Shown: positions 26,610 through 36,881, counted from the first letter of the stretch. The stretch: 64,000 nucleotides of DNA from a candidate division WOR-3 bacterium (GCA_016926475.1 JAFGON010000040.1:10849-74848); one strand, 5' to 3'. Translations and numbers: made by a program. Notes: generated by a model not told the origin, from the sequence alone.

Positions 26610-28981
26610 ACATGCGTAAAAAAATAGCTATAATTATTCTGACGATGATCTCCTTTTCATCTTTTATCGTAGCCCATACGGTAACGGGTAAAGTAACTGA
26701 CATGGACACACACCAGCCTGTGATTGGAGCGAATATAGCGGTTTTTGACCTCGACGGAAATCTGATTGCCGGTGTCCTGGCCGGTAACGACGGAGCATTT
26801 TCGATCGAGAATCTTCCCGCTGGCAGTTATAACCTGAGAGCTATGAGGTTGGGATACAAGACACAGGTAAAAAACAGGGTGACGGTTCGACCAAACATAC
26901 CGACGTATGTTGATTTTGAACTTGAAGAAGAACTCCTGCAGATGGAGGGCATCACCGTCAGGCCAAAATATTTCGAAAAACCCGAAGACGCTGTCGTGTC
27001 GACAAGAAGCATGGATTTTGAAGAAATAATTTCACAGCCTGGCGGTGTATATGACGTACAAAGAGCAGTTCAAGCACTGCCTGCAGTGGTCTCGGGTTCG
27101 GACCAGAACAACGAAATCATTGTTCGAGGAGGAAACTACGGAGAAAACCTTTTTCTGATTGACAACATGGAGATGCTCAACCCCAACCATTTCGGGTGGC
27201 AGGGAACAGGCGGAGGGCCTGTGAGCGTAATCAATACTGATTTTATCAGGAGCATAGACTTCATGGCAGGCGCATTTCCAGCCAGATACGGCGACAAGGC
27301 GTCGAGTGTTTTGGACATCACTTTAAGGGAAGGCGTTCGGGACAGGATTCATTACAAATTCGATCTGAGCATGGCGGGAGCGGGAGGAACCTTGGAAGGA
27401 CCTCTTGGAAAGGGAAGTTTTTTAATATCGGCCCACAGAAGTTTTTTGTCTCTCGTGGCGTCGAGTTTCGGACTGACTGCCGTCCCTCATTACTACAACA
27501 TCCATTTCAAAGCTGTTTACGATCTTTCTCACACACGTAAATTCTCGTTGTTGGGAATTTACGGCAAAGACTGGATAACAATCGAGAGTTCAGAGGAAGA
27601 AGACGAAGAAATCTACGACGACATAAAAAAAATTGAAGCCAAATCCGATCAGTACACAGTGGGTGCGAGTATAAAATCCCTTTATTCAATGGGATACTAC
27701 AACATTACACTTTCAAGGACATACAGCACCTGGAACCATGACATCATCGACACTCTGGACATGAGATACCTTTTCAACGATTCGGACGAGGGGGAGAATA
27801 CAGCGAAAATTGACTTCAACATAAATTTCGCAAGACACACAAAACTGACAATGGGTCTTTTTGCCAAAAATGTATCGTTTCATTACGAGACTTGGGCGAG
27901 ACCTGACACTCTTTTCATTTACGACTCCTCCGGAAACATAGTCGACACCACAGACTACATTACCGTTATAGACGTCGACGAAGAAGCCGATTCGTGGAAA
28001 TACGGGGGTTACGCCCAATTAAGACACGACGCGGGAACTTTTCTGACACTAAACCTGGGGTTGAGATACGACAAATTCGACTACACTGGATTTGATTGCC
28101 TTTCACCAAGGGTGTCTCTATCGGTTCATTTGACTGGAAACACCGACCTCAATGCGGCTTACGGAGTGCATTTTCAATCTCCTCAGTGGTTTGAACTCGC
28201 TTTTGATCCCGAAAACCACTACTTAAAGAGCAAGTACACCGAACAGGTTATATTAGGTGTCGAGCATTTGTTCGCTGACGACATCAAGGCGACCCTTGAG
28301 GTTTACTACAAACGATACAGAGACGTCCCTATCGACAGGGCTTCGACCACTTCCGATCCCAACGACTGGGATGAGGTTTTTGTAAACGAGGGCGATGGCT
28401 TCGCCAAGGGCATCGAGTTTTTTCTGCAGAAAAAGGTGATGAAAAATTTCTGGGGAACGCTGAGTTATTCCTACTCTGTGGCTAAAGCTTTCGACCCGAG
28501 AAACGAGCAGAATGAATACAGTTGGGATTTCGACTACGGAAACGTTTTTACACTGATAGCAGGATACAGAAAAGAGTATTTTAAAGACGCATGGTATCAG
28601 TCCTTTTCAAAATCACTTGTTTATAAATTCATTTCGTTTCTGCCGTTTGTGCCTTCCGACGCGTCGGAATACACAATAAAATACAGATACCTCGGAGGCA
28701 AACCTTACACGCCTGTGACCTATCATCCGGAGTGGAGGAGGTGGGTCGCCGATCCGGACCAGGCTTACAATTCCGATAGAACAAAACCCTACCAGAGGTT
28801 CGACGTGATGTTCTCCAACAGATGGTATTTCAAATCCTGGAACATGGTGTATTATCTCGAAGTGGAGAACCTCTTCAACCACCCCAACGTATGGGAATAC
28901 TACTATTGTGAAGACGGCGAGGTCGAAACCGTCTATCAGATGGGCAGAATGATAGTAGGAGGGGTGATATTTGAGTTCTGA
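26606..28981 (+). CDS. TonB-dependent receptor-like outer-membrane protein with N-terminal CarboxypepD_reg domain
   Basis: Signal peptide. VTGKVTD...GANIAVFD...SIENLPAGSYNLRAMRLGY is the carboxypeptidase-regulatory-like fold. A plug-like region follows. The long beta-rich body ends in a terminal aromatic (GGVIFEF). Confidence 0.7.
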   Translation: MNMRKKIAIIILTMISFSSFIVAHTVTGKVTDMDTHQPVIGANIAVFDLDGNLIAGVLAGNDGAFSIENLPAGSYNLRAMRLGYKTQVKNRVTVRPNIPTYVDFELEEELLQMEGITVRPKYFEKPEDAVVSTRSMDFEEIISQPGGVYDVQRAVQALPAVVSGSDQNNEIIVRGGNYGENLFLIDNMEMLNPNHFGWQGTGGGPVSVINTDFIRSIDFMAGAFPARYGDKASSVLDITLREGVRDRIHYKFDLSMAGAGGTLEGPLGKGSFLISAHRSFLSLVASSFGLTAVPHYYNIHFKAVYDLSHTRKFSLLGIYGKDWITIESSEEEDEEIYDDIKKIEAKSDQYTVGASIKSLYSMGYYNITLSRTYSTWNHDIIDTLDMRYLFNDSDEGENTAKIDFNINFARHTKLTMGLFAKNVSFHYETWARPDTLFIYDSSGNIVDTTDYITVIDVDEEADSWKYGGYAQLRHDAGTFLTLNLGLRYDKFDYTGFDCLSPRVSLSVHLTGNTDLNAAYGVHFQSPQWFELAFDPENHYLKSKYTEQVILGVEHLFADDIKATLEVYYKRYRDVPIDRASTTSDPNDWDEVFVNEGDGFAKGIEFFLQKKVMKNFWGTLSYSYSVAKAFDPRNEQNEYSWDFDYGNVFTLIAGYRKEYFKDAWYQSFSKSLVYKFISFLPFVPSDASEYTIKYRYLGGKPYTPVTYHPEWRRWVADPDQAYNSDRTKPYQRFDVMFSNRWYFKSWNMVYYLEVENLFNHPNVWEYYYCEDGEVETVYQMGRMIVGGVIFEF

Positions 28982-29690
28982 CAAAAGCTCCTACAAGAAG
29001 ATTTCTCTCGATCTGAAAAAAGCGAAAAATCGTGAAAAAGCTTTTATCCTCCAGAAATTTTTCAAGACCGGCAGAGGCGAATACGGCGAAGGTGATGTCT
29101 TCTACGGGATTACAGTTCCGTACCTGAGAAAATTATCTGCAAGATTCGCAGGAGCGGATTTTTTCGTTCTCGAAAAATTGCTCGAATCTGAAATTCACGA
29201 GGAAAGAACGCTCGCTTTGTTCATACTCATCAGAAAATTCGAAAATGGGAACGAAAGCGACAGAAAAGCGGTATTCAAAATTTATTTCAAGAAGAAAAAA
29301 CGCGTGAATAACTGGGACCTTGTTGATTTGTCGGCCCCGAAAATCGTCGGAGCGTATCTTGAGGACAAAGACAGATCTCTGCTTTACAAACTGGCGGCCT
29401 CGAAAAACCTCTGGGAGAGAAGAATCGCCGTTATATCCACCTACACTTTCATTAAAAAAGGTGATTTCAAAGACGCGTTGAACCTGTCGGAAATCCTACT
29501 TGACGAAAAACATGACCTCATCCACAAAGCGACAGGATGGATGCTCAGGGAAATAGGAAAGAAAGACGAAAGCGTTTTGTTGAAATTTCTGGAAAAGCAC
29601 TGCGCGAAAATGCCCAGAACCATGCTCAGGTATTCGATCGAAAAGCTGGACACTAAAAGAAGAAAATATTATCTCGGAAAAAAACAATAA
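28971..29690 (+). CDS. DNA alkylation repair (AlkC/AlkD-like HEAT-repeat) protein
   Basis: NNWDLVDLSAPKIVGAYL, WERRIAVIST and IHKATGWMLREIGKKD match the DNA_alkylation family. TTG start overlapping the upstream stop. Confidence 0.6.
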   Translation: MSSDKSSYKKISLDLKKAKNREKAFILQKFFKTGRGEYGEGDVFYGITVPYLRKLSARFAGADFFVLEKLLESEIHEERTLALFILIRKFENGNESDRKAVFKIYFKKKKRVNNWDLVDLSAPKIVGAYLEDKDRSLLYKLAASKNLWERRIAVISTYTFIKKGDFKDALNLSEILLDEKHDLIHKATGWMLREIGKKDESVLLKFLEKHCAKMPRTMLRYSIEKLDTKRRKYYLGKKQ

Positions 29691-29716
29691 AAAGGGGGCT
29701 TGCGCCCCCTTTTTTA
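29691..29716. terminator. Bidirectional intrinsic terminator between convergent genes
   Basis: aaaaa-GGGGGC-ttgc-GCCCCC-tttttt gives a perfect 6-bp GC stem with an A-run 5' and a T-run 3', so it works on both strands. It overlaps the stop of the minus-strand T9SS gene. Confidence 0.7.
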
Positions 29717-31606
29717 TTCGACAAAGATAAGTTTTACCTGACCTGAATTTTCACCGGCTGTAACTTTCACGAAATAAACTCCCCGGGTCAATTCTTGTCC
29801 CTGGTTGTCATTTCCGTTCCAGTGAACTGTCATCAGTCTGTCAGCGTCGTTCAGACCGAAGTTGAACTCGCGGACTGTTCTACCGGATACGTCGAATATC
29901 TCGACCTCTGAGAGAATCCCAGCCGGCGAGGTGAAAGAGATGAGAACATTCTTTACGAAAGGATTTGGAGAGGCAGTCAAAGCGACCCATGAAGAATTGA
30001 CAGGTGGCTGCTCCGCCACAGCGTTCAGACCGTCGAGGAAGAAAACCATTATGGAGTCGAGAATGTCCGCTCTCGTCGAGGCATCTGCTGCGTCAGTGAG
30101 CATTCCGAGCTCGAAACTGGTTCCAACCGTCCTGTAAGTCGCGGTTTGATTCGCAACTCCGCAGTTGTAGTTGTCGTTTCCGTCGCTGAAAATCACAAAT
30201 CCGGTACCGGTCGCGTTGATTTGGTCAATGTAGCTGTTTTCACCGGCATAGGCGAAATTCATGGAGTTGGTGAATGTTCCGGACGCGCCGACGACTGGTC
30301 CAAGATTCCCGGAACCGTCTGCTACCGCCTGGATTCCGAAAACCGGACCAAAATTGTGGCCGCCTCCGTAACTGGGGTCGTAAAACCACATGTCACCGCC
30401 TTCCATGTAGGCGCATCCCCCGTTGTTGATAAAATCTATTATCGAGGTAGCTATGGCTCCCCCCGATGATATTACGGTATTGTTTGGATAGACGCCAAGG
30501 CAAACAAAAATGGATTTGAAAAAAGATAAATCCGAAGGCAGTTGAATTGAATGTATTCCGGAGTAACCGATTGCGCTGAGAATACTGTCAATTTTGATTC
30601 CGGATCCGGCAGATGGATCGAGATTTAAAACGAGGTAACTGTATTTTCCGACGGTAAGGTCGAACGAGAAGGTGTCGCAGAAACCCGCGTCTGTTACAAC
30701 AAGGTTGAAAGCGGCTTCATACCCTTCCGGTGTTGAAACGTCCACAGAAAGGTTGAATGGATCAGAGACGTTCGTCTTTGTGCTGTCTATCGACAACGGG
30801 CCGAACACTGCGCTGTTGTCGTTTATTGTTATGTTGGGATCAGAAGAAGATAAAACGGAAGTGATGTTCGTGAAATTTGTCCCTCCGACGTTTTTGATGG
30901 TCGCCAGAAGGTTAGCTGTTTCACCGGGGTCCAACCTGCCGTTGCTGTTACCGGCAGCGTCGTCGACAGTTGTACTCAATAAAACAAGATAAGGGGTTGA
31001 CCCTGAATAGGAAAGTGTTATTTCATCGGCGGAGACCTCCGCCAGTTCTGAACCCCCTCAACAGTCGTAGGTAGAGTCGAATAGAGCAATTTCAATTTTG
31101 TTTACTTGCAGGGGATCTACACCTGTCAGATTTGTAAGTTCGGTGCCGACGTTAAAAGAGTAATTGTGCCACTGGGAGTCGACGGCTTGTATCAAGTGCA
31201 TCGTTGGTGAGTTCGCCCAAGGACAGTAGCTGGTCTTTGAACAGATCCTGGTCTGACCGAGGACGTTGCCGGATATATCGAGGTACTTCAGACTCAGTGC
31301 AGTTCCTGCCCAAGCTGTCGAAGTCGCGTAAGCGTAAAGTCTGACGCTTGCCGAAAATACAATGTCGGTTGTGGGAACTGTAACTGTCTGGTTTAAAAGG
31401 GCGTATCCGCCTCCATCGGTTTTGCGGACCATTACTTCGTAATCAGGGTCGGGGTCATAGTTAGTCGCCCGGTTTACACTCGCTCCGGATCCGTTGAGAA
31501 TCTGTTTCCATCCCACGGAGAGATCTTGCTCAAAGTCGCCGTTGACTACGTATTGGGATGTTGAAAAACCGATCAGCAAAGACAGGATTACGGACAGCAT
31601 AGGCAT
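29714..31606 (-). pseudogene. T9SS-sorted secreted protein interrupted by a single in-frame TGA (possible nonsense mutation, sequencing error or recoding site)
   Basis: The upstream part (31058..31606) has an RBS (gaggagg) and the signal peptide MPMLSVILSLLIGFSTS. The downstream part (29714..30979) is in the same frame and lacks both an ATG and a signal peptide; the track's M there is TTG. It ends with a T9SS C-terminal domain (SPNPF...GVYFVKV...KLIFVE). The only stop between the two parts is the TGA at ~31058-31060. Confidence 0.6.
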
Positions 31607-31663
31607 ACCTCCTCGTTTGGTTGGATCTAATTCTAATAGTCCGGCAAAACGAAAGCAACGGCT

Positions 31664-33090
31664 TTAGACGTAAGAAGGAATTTTGTATTTAATCCATCCC
31701 CCTCTTTTGTAAAAAACAAAAAGAAACAGGGATTCAATCAGTAGTGAAAAGCCAATTCCTGACCATACCCCGACTACGTCGAGGAAAAGGTGTTTTGCGA
31801 GAAAGTAGGAAAGGGGGAGCTTGATAAGCCAATTTGCTATTATCGAGGTTATCAGAGGAGGAACATTGTATCCTGACCCTCTGTGGACAGCGTTGAAAGT
31901 CGCGGAAAGAGGATAGAAAAGGAGAGAAATTCCAATTATTTTCAGATACGAGGAGCCACTTTTTACTACCGAGGGATTGACGCTGAAAACTTTCGTCAAT
32001 TCTTCCGAAAAGACAAAAATCAGCGAGCAGGTGATTATCTGAACCAGATACCCCATTCTCAACGACCGCAGAACTACCTCTCTGGCTTTATCAATATTTT
32101 TTTGCCGAGGAGCTGACCGATAAAAGTCTGAACAGCCATCATCAGACCGTCCATGTAAATGAAAGTTACTCCTATTATTCTGCTGCCAATTCCAAAAGCG
32201 GCTATAGATATGTCTCCGTAGAAGGACACTATTTTGTATATCAGCATACCGGTCACCGGCCTTGTAATCCCAAAGAAAAAAGCCGGAATTCCGGTTTTTA
32301 AAAAACTAATGGATAAATCCTTTTGAAAAGAGGGTTTAACGGCGCCGAATTTTTTTAGAAAAAAAAACGTGAACAGAGAAAAACCAATCAGAATCGAGAC
32401 AGAAGAAGCTATCGCGGCTCCAGAAGTTTCCAATCTCGGGAAGAAAAACCAACCGAAAATAAAAAAAGGGTCGAGTAGGATGTTTATAAGCAGAGTCGTT
32501 ATCGTCAGTTTCATCGGGGTTTTGGAATCTCCGGTTCCGAAAAATATATTATACATTATGTCCAGTATGAAGAGAAAAGCGAAACCAAGGAGCATTATTC
32601 GCATGTATGTTTTTGCCTGGGAGAGAACTTCACCTTTGGCTCCGAAAAAACTTAGAATTTGATCTGAAAACAAAATTGAGGGCACGATCAAAACCAGGGC
32701 AATCAGAATCGAGAAAAAAAGTGAAATTGAAATGCTTTTTTTCAGAAGCTCCGTGTCTTTTGAACCATAAGCTCTTGAGACGAAAGCTATGGCTCCAGAA
32801 GAAACAAGAGTCATGGAAGATATAAGAATAAACAAAAACGATCCGACCATGCTCACAGCGGCGACCGAGATATGACCAAGTTTTCCTATCCAGAACATAT
32901 CTGTGACATCGAGCAGTGTGAATGCGAGTGATGATACCATCACAGGCCAGGAAAGATTCCAGATGTTGCCGTAGGTAATATTTTCCGGATCGAAATTTCT
33001 TGTATTTTCAACCATATTTTCAACTTTTCTTTTTAAGTTTTGCGATGATTTCCCAATAGAGTATAATGATATTAAAAATTTATAAAGCAT
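31664..33090 (-). pseudogene. MATE-family efflux transporter split by a frameshift (32062/32074)
   Basis: The 338-aa N-terminal ORF (NIWNLSWPVMVSSLAFTLLDVTDMFWIGKLG) and the 132-aa C-terminal ORF are both MATE-like and together reach the expected ~450 aa. They are in different frames with an 11-nt gap. Confidence 0.7.
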
Positions 33091-33093
33091 TTA

Positions 33094-33423
33094 ATGGATG
33101 ATATGGAAGATTTTACCGGAGCTGTCATCGAGACTGTAAAATTAATCCCTCGCGGAAAAGTGATGACATACGGACAAATAGCATCTTTCGTCGGTTCACC
33201 GAGAAGTTCAAGGCAGGTTTCGAGGATACTGCATTCGTGCAGTGAAAAGTTCTCTTTGCCCTGGCACAGAATTGTCAATTCAAAGGGTGAAATTGCGTTC
33301 AAGAGAAACCAGGCTTATTCAGAGCAAAAAACTCTTCTCGAAGGTGAAGGGATCGTTTTCGACAAAGAGGGAAGGATAGACCTCGATAAATTTTTGTTTA
33401 AGCCTTTCAACGGAAATAGCTGA
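33094..33423 (+). CDS. Alkyltransferase-like (ATL) protein: MGMT-fold DNA-binding protein with Trp replacing the active-site Cys
   Basis: TYGQIASFVGSPRSSRQVSRIL is the HTH. LPWHRIVNSKGEI carries PWHR in place of PCHR, which is the ATL signature. Confidence 0.7.
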   Translation: MDDMEDFTGAVIETVKLIPRGKVMTYGQIASFVGSPRSSRQVSRILHSCSEKFSLPWHRIVNSKGEIAFKRNQAYSEQKTLLEGEGIVFDKEGRIDLDKFLFKPFNGNS

Positions 33424-33438
33424 AAAGGAGGAAAGAAA

Positions 33439-35136
33439 ATGGGCAGGGATAAAGGTCTTTGGGATTCAAGGACGGCTTTTGTTCTCGCTTCTATAGGTTC
33501 GGCTATAGGCCTGGGAAATATCTGGCGTTTTCCCTACATTTGCTACAAATACGGGGGAGGCTCTTTTTTGATAGCCTACATAATAGCACTTTTTGTTGCC
33601 GGGATTCCTCTTCTTCTTCTTGAATTTTCTTTAGGGCATAAAATGGCGGGTTCCGCCCCCTTCGCTTTTTCAAAATTGAAGTTCTCTTTTAAAGGCAGTT
33701 CTTCGGAAGAAGAAATCACCGAAAAAAAAGGCGATTTCCAGTGGGTCGGATGGATCGCGCTTTTCATAGGTTTTTTTATAACAACTTATTACGCCGTAAT
33801 AATGGGGTGGTCTTTTGATTACCTTTACTATTCGGTAAAAATGTCGTGGTCACAAGTCGGCCCGGAAAAGTTTTTCTATGAAAATGTCCTGCATTTAACT
33901 GAAGGCGTTTTCGATTTCGGCAAACTTCAACTGCCTATCATTATTGGGCTCGTCATAAGCTGGATATGGATTGTCTTGTCGATTTGGAAAGGCGCTAAAA
34001 CAGTAGGTAAAGTAGTATTTGTCACGGTGACTTTGCCATGGCTTCTGCTCCTGGTTTTCGTCTTTAGGGGTGTCTTTCTTCCCGGTGCCTCAGAGGGAAT
34101 AAAATACTACCTTTTGCCGGATTTCACGATGCTTTTGAACGTAGAGCTCTGGCACGCGGCGTTTTCTCAAGTTTTCTTTTCTCTTTCGATAGGCTTCGGA
34201 ATTATGGTGGCGTACGCGAGTTTTCTGCCGGAGAAATCCGATATAGCAAACAGTGCAGTCATAATAGCTCTGGCGGACGCCGCGACCGCTTTCGTCGGCG
34301 GATTCGCGGTTTTCTCAGCCCTGGGTTATTACGCCAAAATCCAGGGTGTTGACGTCTGTGATGTCATGCAGTCAGGACCCCATCTCGCTTTTGTTACTTA
34401 TCCCGAAATAATTTCAAAACTGCCCTTCGCGCCTTTTTTTGGTTTTTTGTTTTTCCTGATGCTGCTCACATTGGCCATTGATTCGGCATTTTCACTTGTC
34501 GAAGGTATCGTAGCCGGTCTGATGGACAAATTCAACATAGGCAGAATGAAGACCAACCTCGGAGTCGCCGCCGCCACGTTTCTCGTCGGATTGATTTTCA
34601 CTTTCGGAGCGGGTCTATATTGGCTCGATATAACAGATCACTTTATGAATAACTTTGGGCTTTTCACCGTGGCATTTTTGGAAGCTCTCGTTGTCGGTTA
34701 CGCGGTATCTCCCGAAGAGATAAGAAAATACATAAACCAAAAATCCGAAATTCAAATAGGCAAGTGGTGGACCGTTTCCGTCAAGTACTTCATACCGATA
34801 ATCGCCTTTGTGCTGTTGTTCTTTTCTATAAAATCAGTGTTGTTTTCAAACTATGGAGGGTATCCTGCTCTCGCTGTTTTCCTCGCAGGGTGGCTACCCC
34901 TTCTAATAGCGGCAGTTGGATCTTATATACTCTCAAGCAAAAAAATACCTTGGAGCGTGCTTTTGATCGGCGTGTTGACTGCTGTTTTAATTTGGACTTT
35001 AAAAAGATTCGACCTTCTGTCGGGGTTGAACAAGTTGATACCCGATATTATTCTCACTATAGTGATATTCATATTCACTTTCTTTGTCTTGATAGGAGGG
35101 GTTGTTTATTTTCTCATCATAGCAAAAAAGAGATAG
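33439..35136 (+). CDS. Neurotransmitter:sodium symporter (NSS/SNF) family transporter
   Basis: WDSRTAFVLASIGSAIGLGNIWRFPYICYKYGGGSFLIAYII is the NSS TM1 signature. ~11 TM helices. Confidence 0.85.
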   Translation: MGRDKGLWDSRTAFVLASIGSAIGLGNIWRFPYICYKYGGGSFLIAYIIALFVAGIPLLLLEFSLGHKMAGSAPFAFSKLKFSFKGSSSEEEITEKKGDFQWVGWIALFIGFFITTYYAVIMGWSFDYLYYSVKMSWSQVGPEKFFYENVLHLTEGVFDFGKLQLPIIIGLVISWIWIVLSIWKGAKTVGKVVFVTVTLPWLLLLVFVFRGVFLPGASEGIKYYLLPDFTMLLNVELWHAAFSQVFFSLSIGFGIMVAYASFLPEKSDIANSAVIIALADAATAFVGGFAVFSALGYYAKIQGVDVCDVMQSGPHLAFVTYPEIISKLPFAPFFGFLFFLMLLTLAIDSAFSLVEGIVAGLMDKFNIGRMKTNLGVAAATFLVGLIFTFGAGLYWLDITDHFMNNFGLFTVAFLEALVVGYAVSPEEIRKYINQKSEIQIGKWWTVSVKYFIPIIAFVLLFFSIKSVLFSNYGGYPALAVFLAGWLPLLIAAVGSYILSSKKIPWSVLLIGVLTAVLIWTLKRFDLLSGLNKLIPDIILTIVIFIFTFFVLIGGVVYFLIIAKKR

Positions 35137-35138
35137 TT

Positions 35139-36287
35139 TTGAACTGGGCGCCTTTTCTTTCTCTGGGGTTGAACGCCGCAATGATTATTCTGATAGGAGC
35201 GGCACTTTATTACTTTTCCAAAAAGATATTCGACAAGGAAAAGTCATTTTTCGGCGAAATGGTCAAAGACAACCAATCAACCGAAAAAAGACTGCTCGAT
35301 GAACTCAGCCGCTCGCGTATTGAGAGTGACAACAAGCTTGAAAACATGAGAAATTCAATAAACGAATCGCTGAGAAACGTCCAGGAAGACAGCATGAAAA
35401 ACCTCGAGAAAATCAGGGCGACCGTGGAGGATAAACTGCAGGGAACTCTCGAGAAAAAATTGACTGAATCGTTCGGAATCGTCAGCGAAAGGCTTGAGCA
35501 AGTTTACAAAGGACTCGGAGAAATGCAGAGCGTCGCCGCCGGAGTAGGTGACCTAAAGAAAGTGCTTTCAAACGTCAAGACAAGAGGAGTTCTGGGAGAA
35601 TTTCAACTCGAGAGTATTTTGGAACAGGTCATGGCACCCGATCAGTATATCAAAAATTTCAAACCCAGGGACGGCAGGGGAGAGGTTGAATTCGCTATTT
35701 TGTTGCCCGGAAAAGATAAAGACGAAAAAGGAAAAATATTCCTGCCGGTAGATTCGAAATTTCCAGTTGAAAATTATCTTAAAATGGTTGAAGCGCAGGA
35801 AAACGCAAACAAAAATGAAATTGATAAGTATTCTAAAGCTCTAGAAAACGATATAAAAAATCAAGCGGCAAAGATAAACGAAAAATACATATACCCGCCT
35901 GTGACGACGGATTTCGCTCTTATGTTTTTACCCTCGGAGAGTCTTTTCGCAGAAGTTGTCAGAAGGCCTGGTCTCATAGAAAAGCTTCAAAACGATAGTC
36001 GTATTGTTGTCTCCGGACCGACGACTCTGTGGGCGATTTTGACAAGTCTTCAGATGGGTTTCAGGACACTTGCGATTCAGAAAAGGTCATCAGAGGTTTG
36101 GAAGATACTCGGAGCCGTCAAGACTGAATGGGCAAAATACGGTGAACAGCTCGCGAAAATTCACAAAAAATTGGACGAGGCATCCGGAGCAGTTTCCGAA
36201 GCGGAAAAGAATTTGAGAAAAGTAGAAAAAAACCTGAGAGATGTGGAGGTTTTGCCTGAAGAAGAAGCCAGAAAACTTCTTGAATAG
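35139..36287 (+). CDS. rmuC: DNA recombination protein RmuC
   Basis: An N-terminal TM helix, a long coiled-coil, then the RmuC core (ILLPGKDKDEKGKIFLPVDSKFPVENY...PTTLWAILTSLQMGF). The start is either the in-frame TTG at 35139, directly after the NSS stop, or the ATG at 35181. Confidence 0.75.
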   Translation: MNWAPFLSLGLNAAMIILIGAALYYFSKKIFDKEKSFFGEMVKDNQSTEKRLLDELSRSRIESDNKLENMRNSINESLRNVQEDSMKNLEKIRATVEDKLQGTLEKKLTESFGIVSERLEQVYKGLGEMQSVAAGVGDLKKVLSNVKTRGVLGEFQLESILEQVMAPDQYIKNFKPRDGRGEVEFAILLPGKDKDEKGKIFLPVDSKFPVENYLKMVEAQENANKNEIDKYSKALENDIKNQAAKINEKYIYPPVTTDFALMFLPSESLFAEVVRRPGLIEKLQNDSRIVVSGPTTLWAILTSLQMGFRTLAIQKRSSEVWKILGAVKTEWAKYGEQLAKIHKKLDEASGAVSEAEKNLRKVEKNLRDVEVLPEEEARKLLE

Positions 36288-36623
36288 GACAAATAAAAAC
36301 TTAAATTTTGCAATGGCTTTTCGACGAGATTTTTGAATTATACTTTTGGGGATAAGTTTATAAATAAAAAATAAGACTATCGCCAATAATGCTATATCGT
36401 CAACTTGTCCGAAAATAGGTACAAAGTCAGGTATTATGTCAACCGGACTTAAAAAGTAAATCAAAGACAATCCGAGAAAACTTCTGATATACAAGGGCGT
36501 TTCAGCGTCTTGTAAAATGAAAATAAAAGAGAAGATATGAATTTTATATTTTATGGTTTTGCTTTTCCAGCCTGTCCAATTATTTGTGCGTTTTGATATA
36601 TAATTTTCAGAGAGTTGGCGCAT
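36090..36623 (-). CDS. DUF1232 (YkvA-like) small membrane protein; the 3' end is uncertain
   Basis: SPVDIIPDFVPIFGQVDDIALLAIVLFF is the DUF1232 core. The ORF runs ~200 nt antisense into the rmuC 3' end, and the last ~65 aa are F/L-rich junk, so the true stop has probably been lost or shifted. Confidence 0.4.
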   Translation of the reverse strand: MRQLSENYISKRTNNWTGWKSKTIKYKIHIFSFIFILQDAETPLYIRSFLGLSLIYFLSPVDIIPDFVPIFGQVDDIALLAIVLFFIYKLIPKSIIQKSRRKAIAKFKFLFVLFKKFSGFFFRQNLHISQVFFYFSQILFRFGNCSGCLVQFFVNFRELFTVFCPFSLDGSEYLPNL

Positions 36624-36881
36624 TTTTGTGTTCCCGGATTATATCCTTTTCAACCATTTCTGAAATTTTTCGAATTTTTAATTAAAACTTGAAATTTATT
36701 TTTCAGCAAAATGACAAACATTATTAAATAAAGCAATGTCAAAATTTATTTCTCAAAACAGGTTATCGCAATTTTTTTATTTTGTAAGCTTGCGGAATCC
36801 TTGATTCCACAAAATATCCAGTATTGAGTTTTTCATTGGTAGTATCAATTAAAACATAGTTTTTATCCCTGGGATTTTAAC

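Noticed and set aside
36624-36881. Possible integrated element at the tmRNA 3' flank
   Set aside because: There is no integrase, no direct repeat of the tmRNA 3' end and no phage-like genes. The flank holds only AT-rich spacer plus DUF1232 and rmuC.
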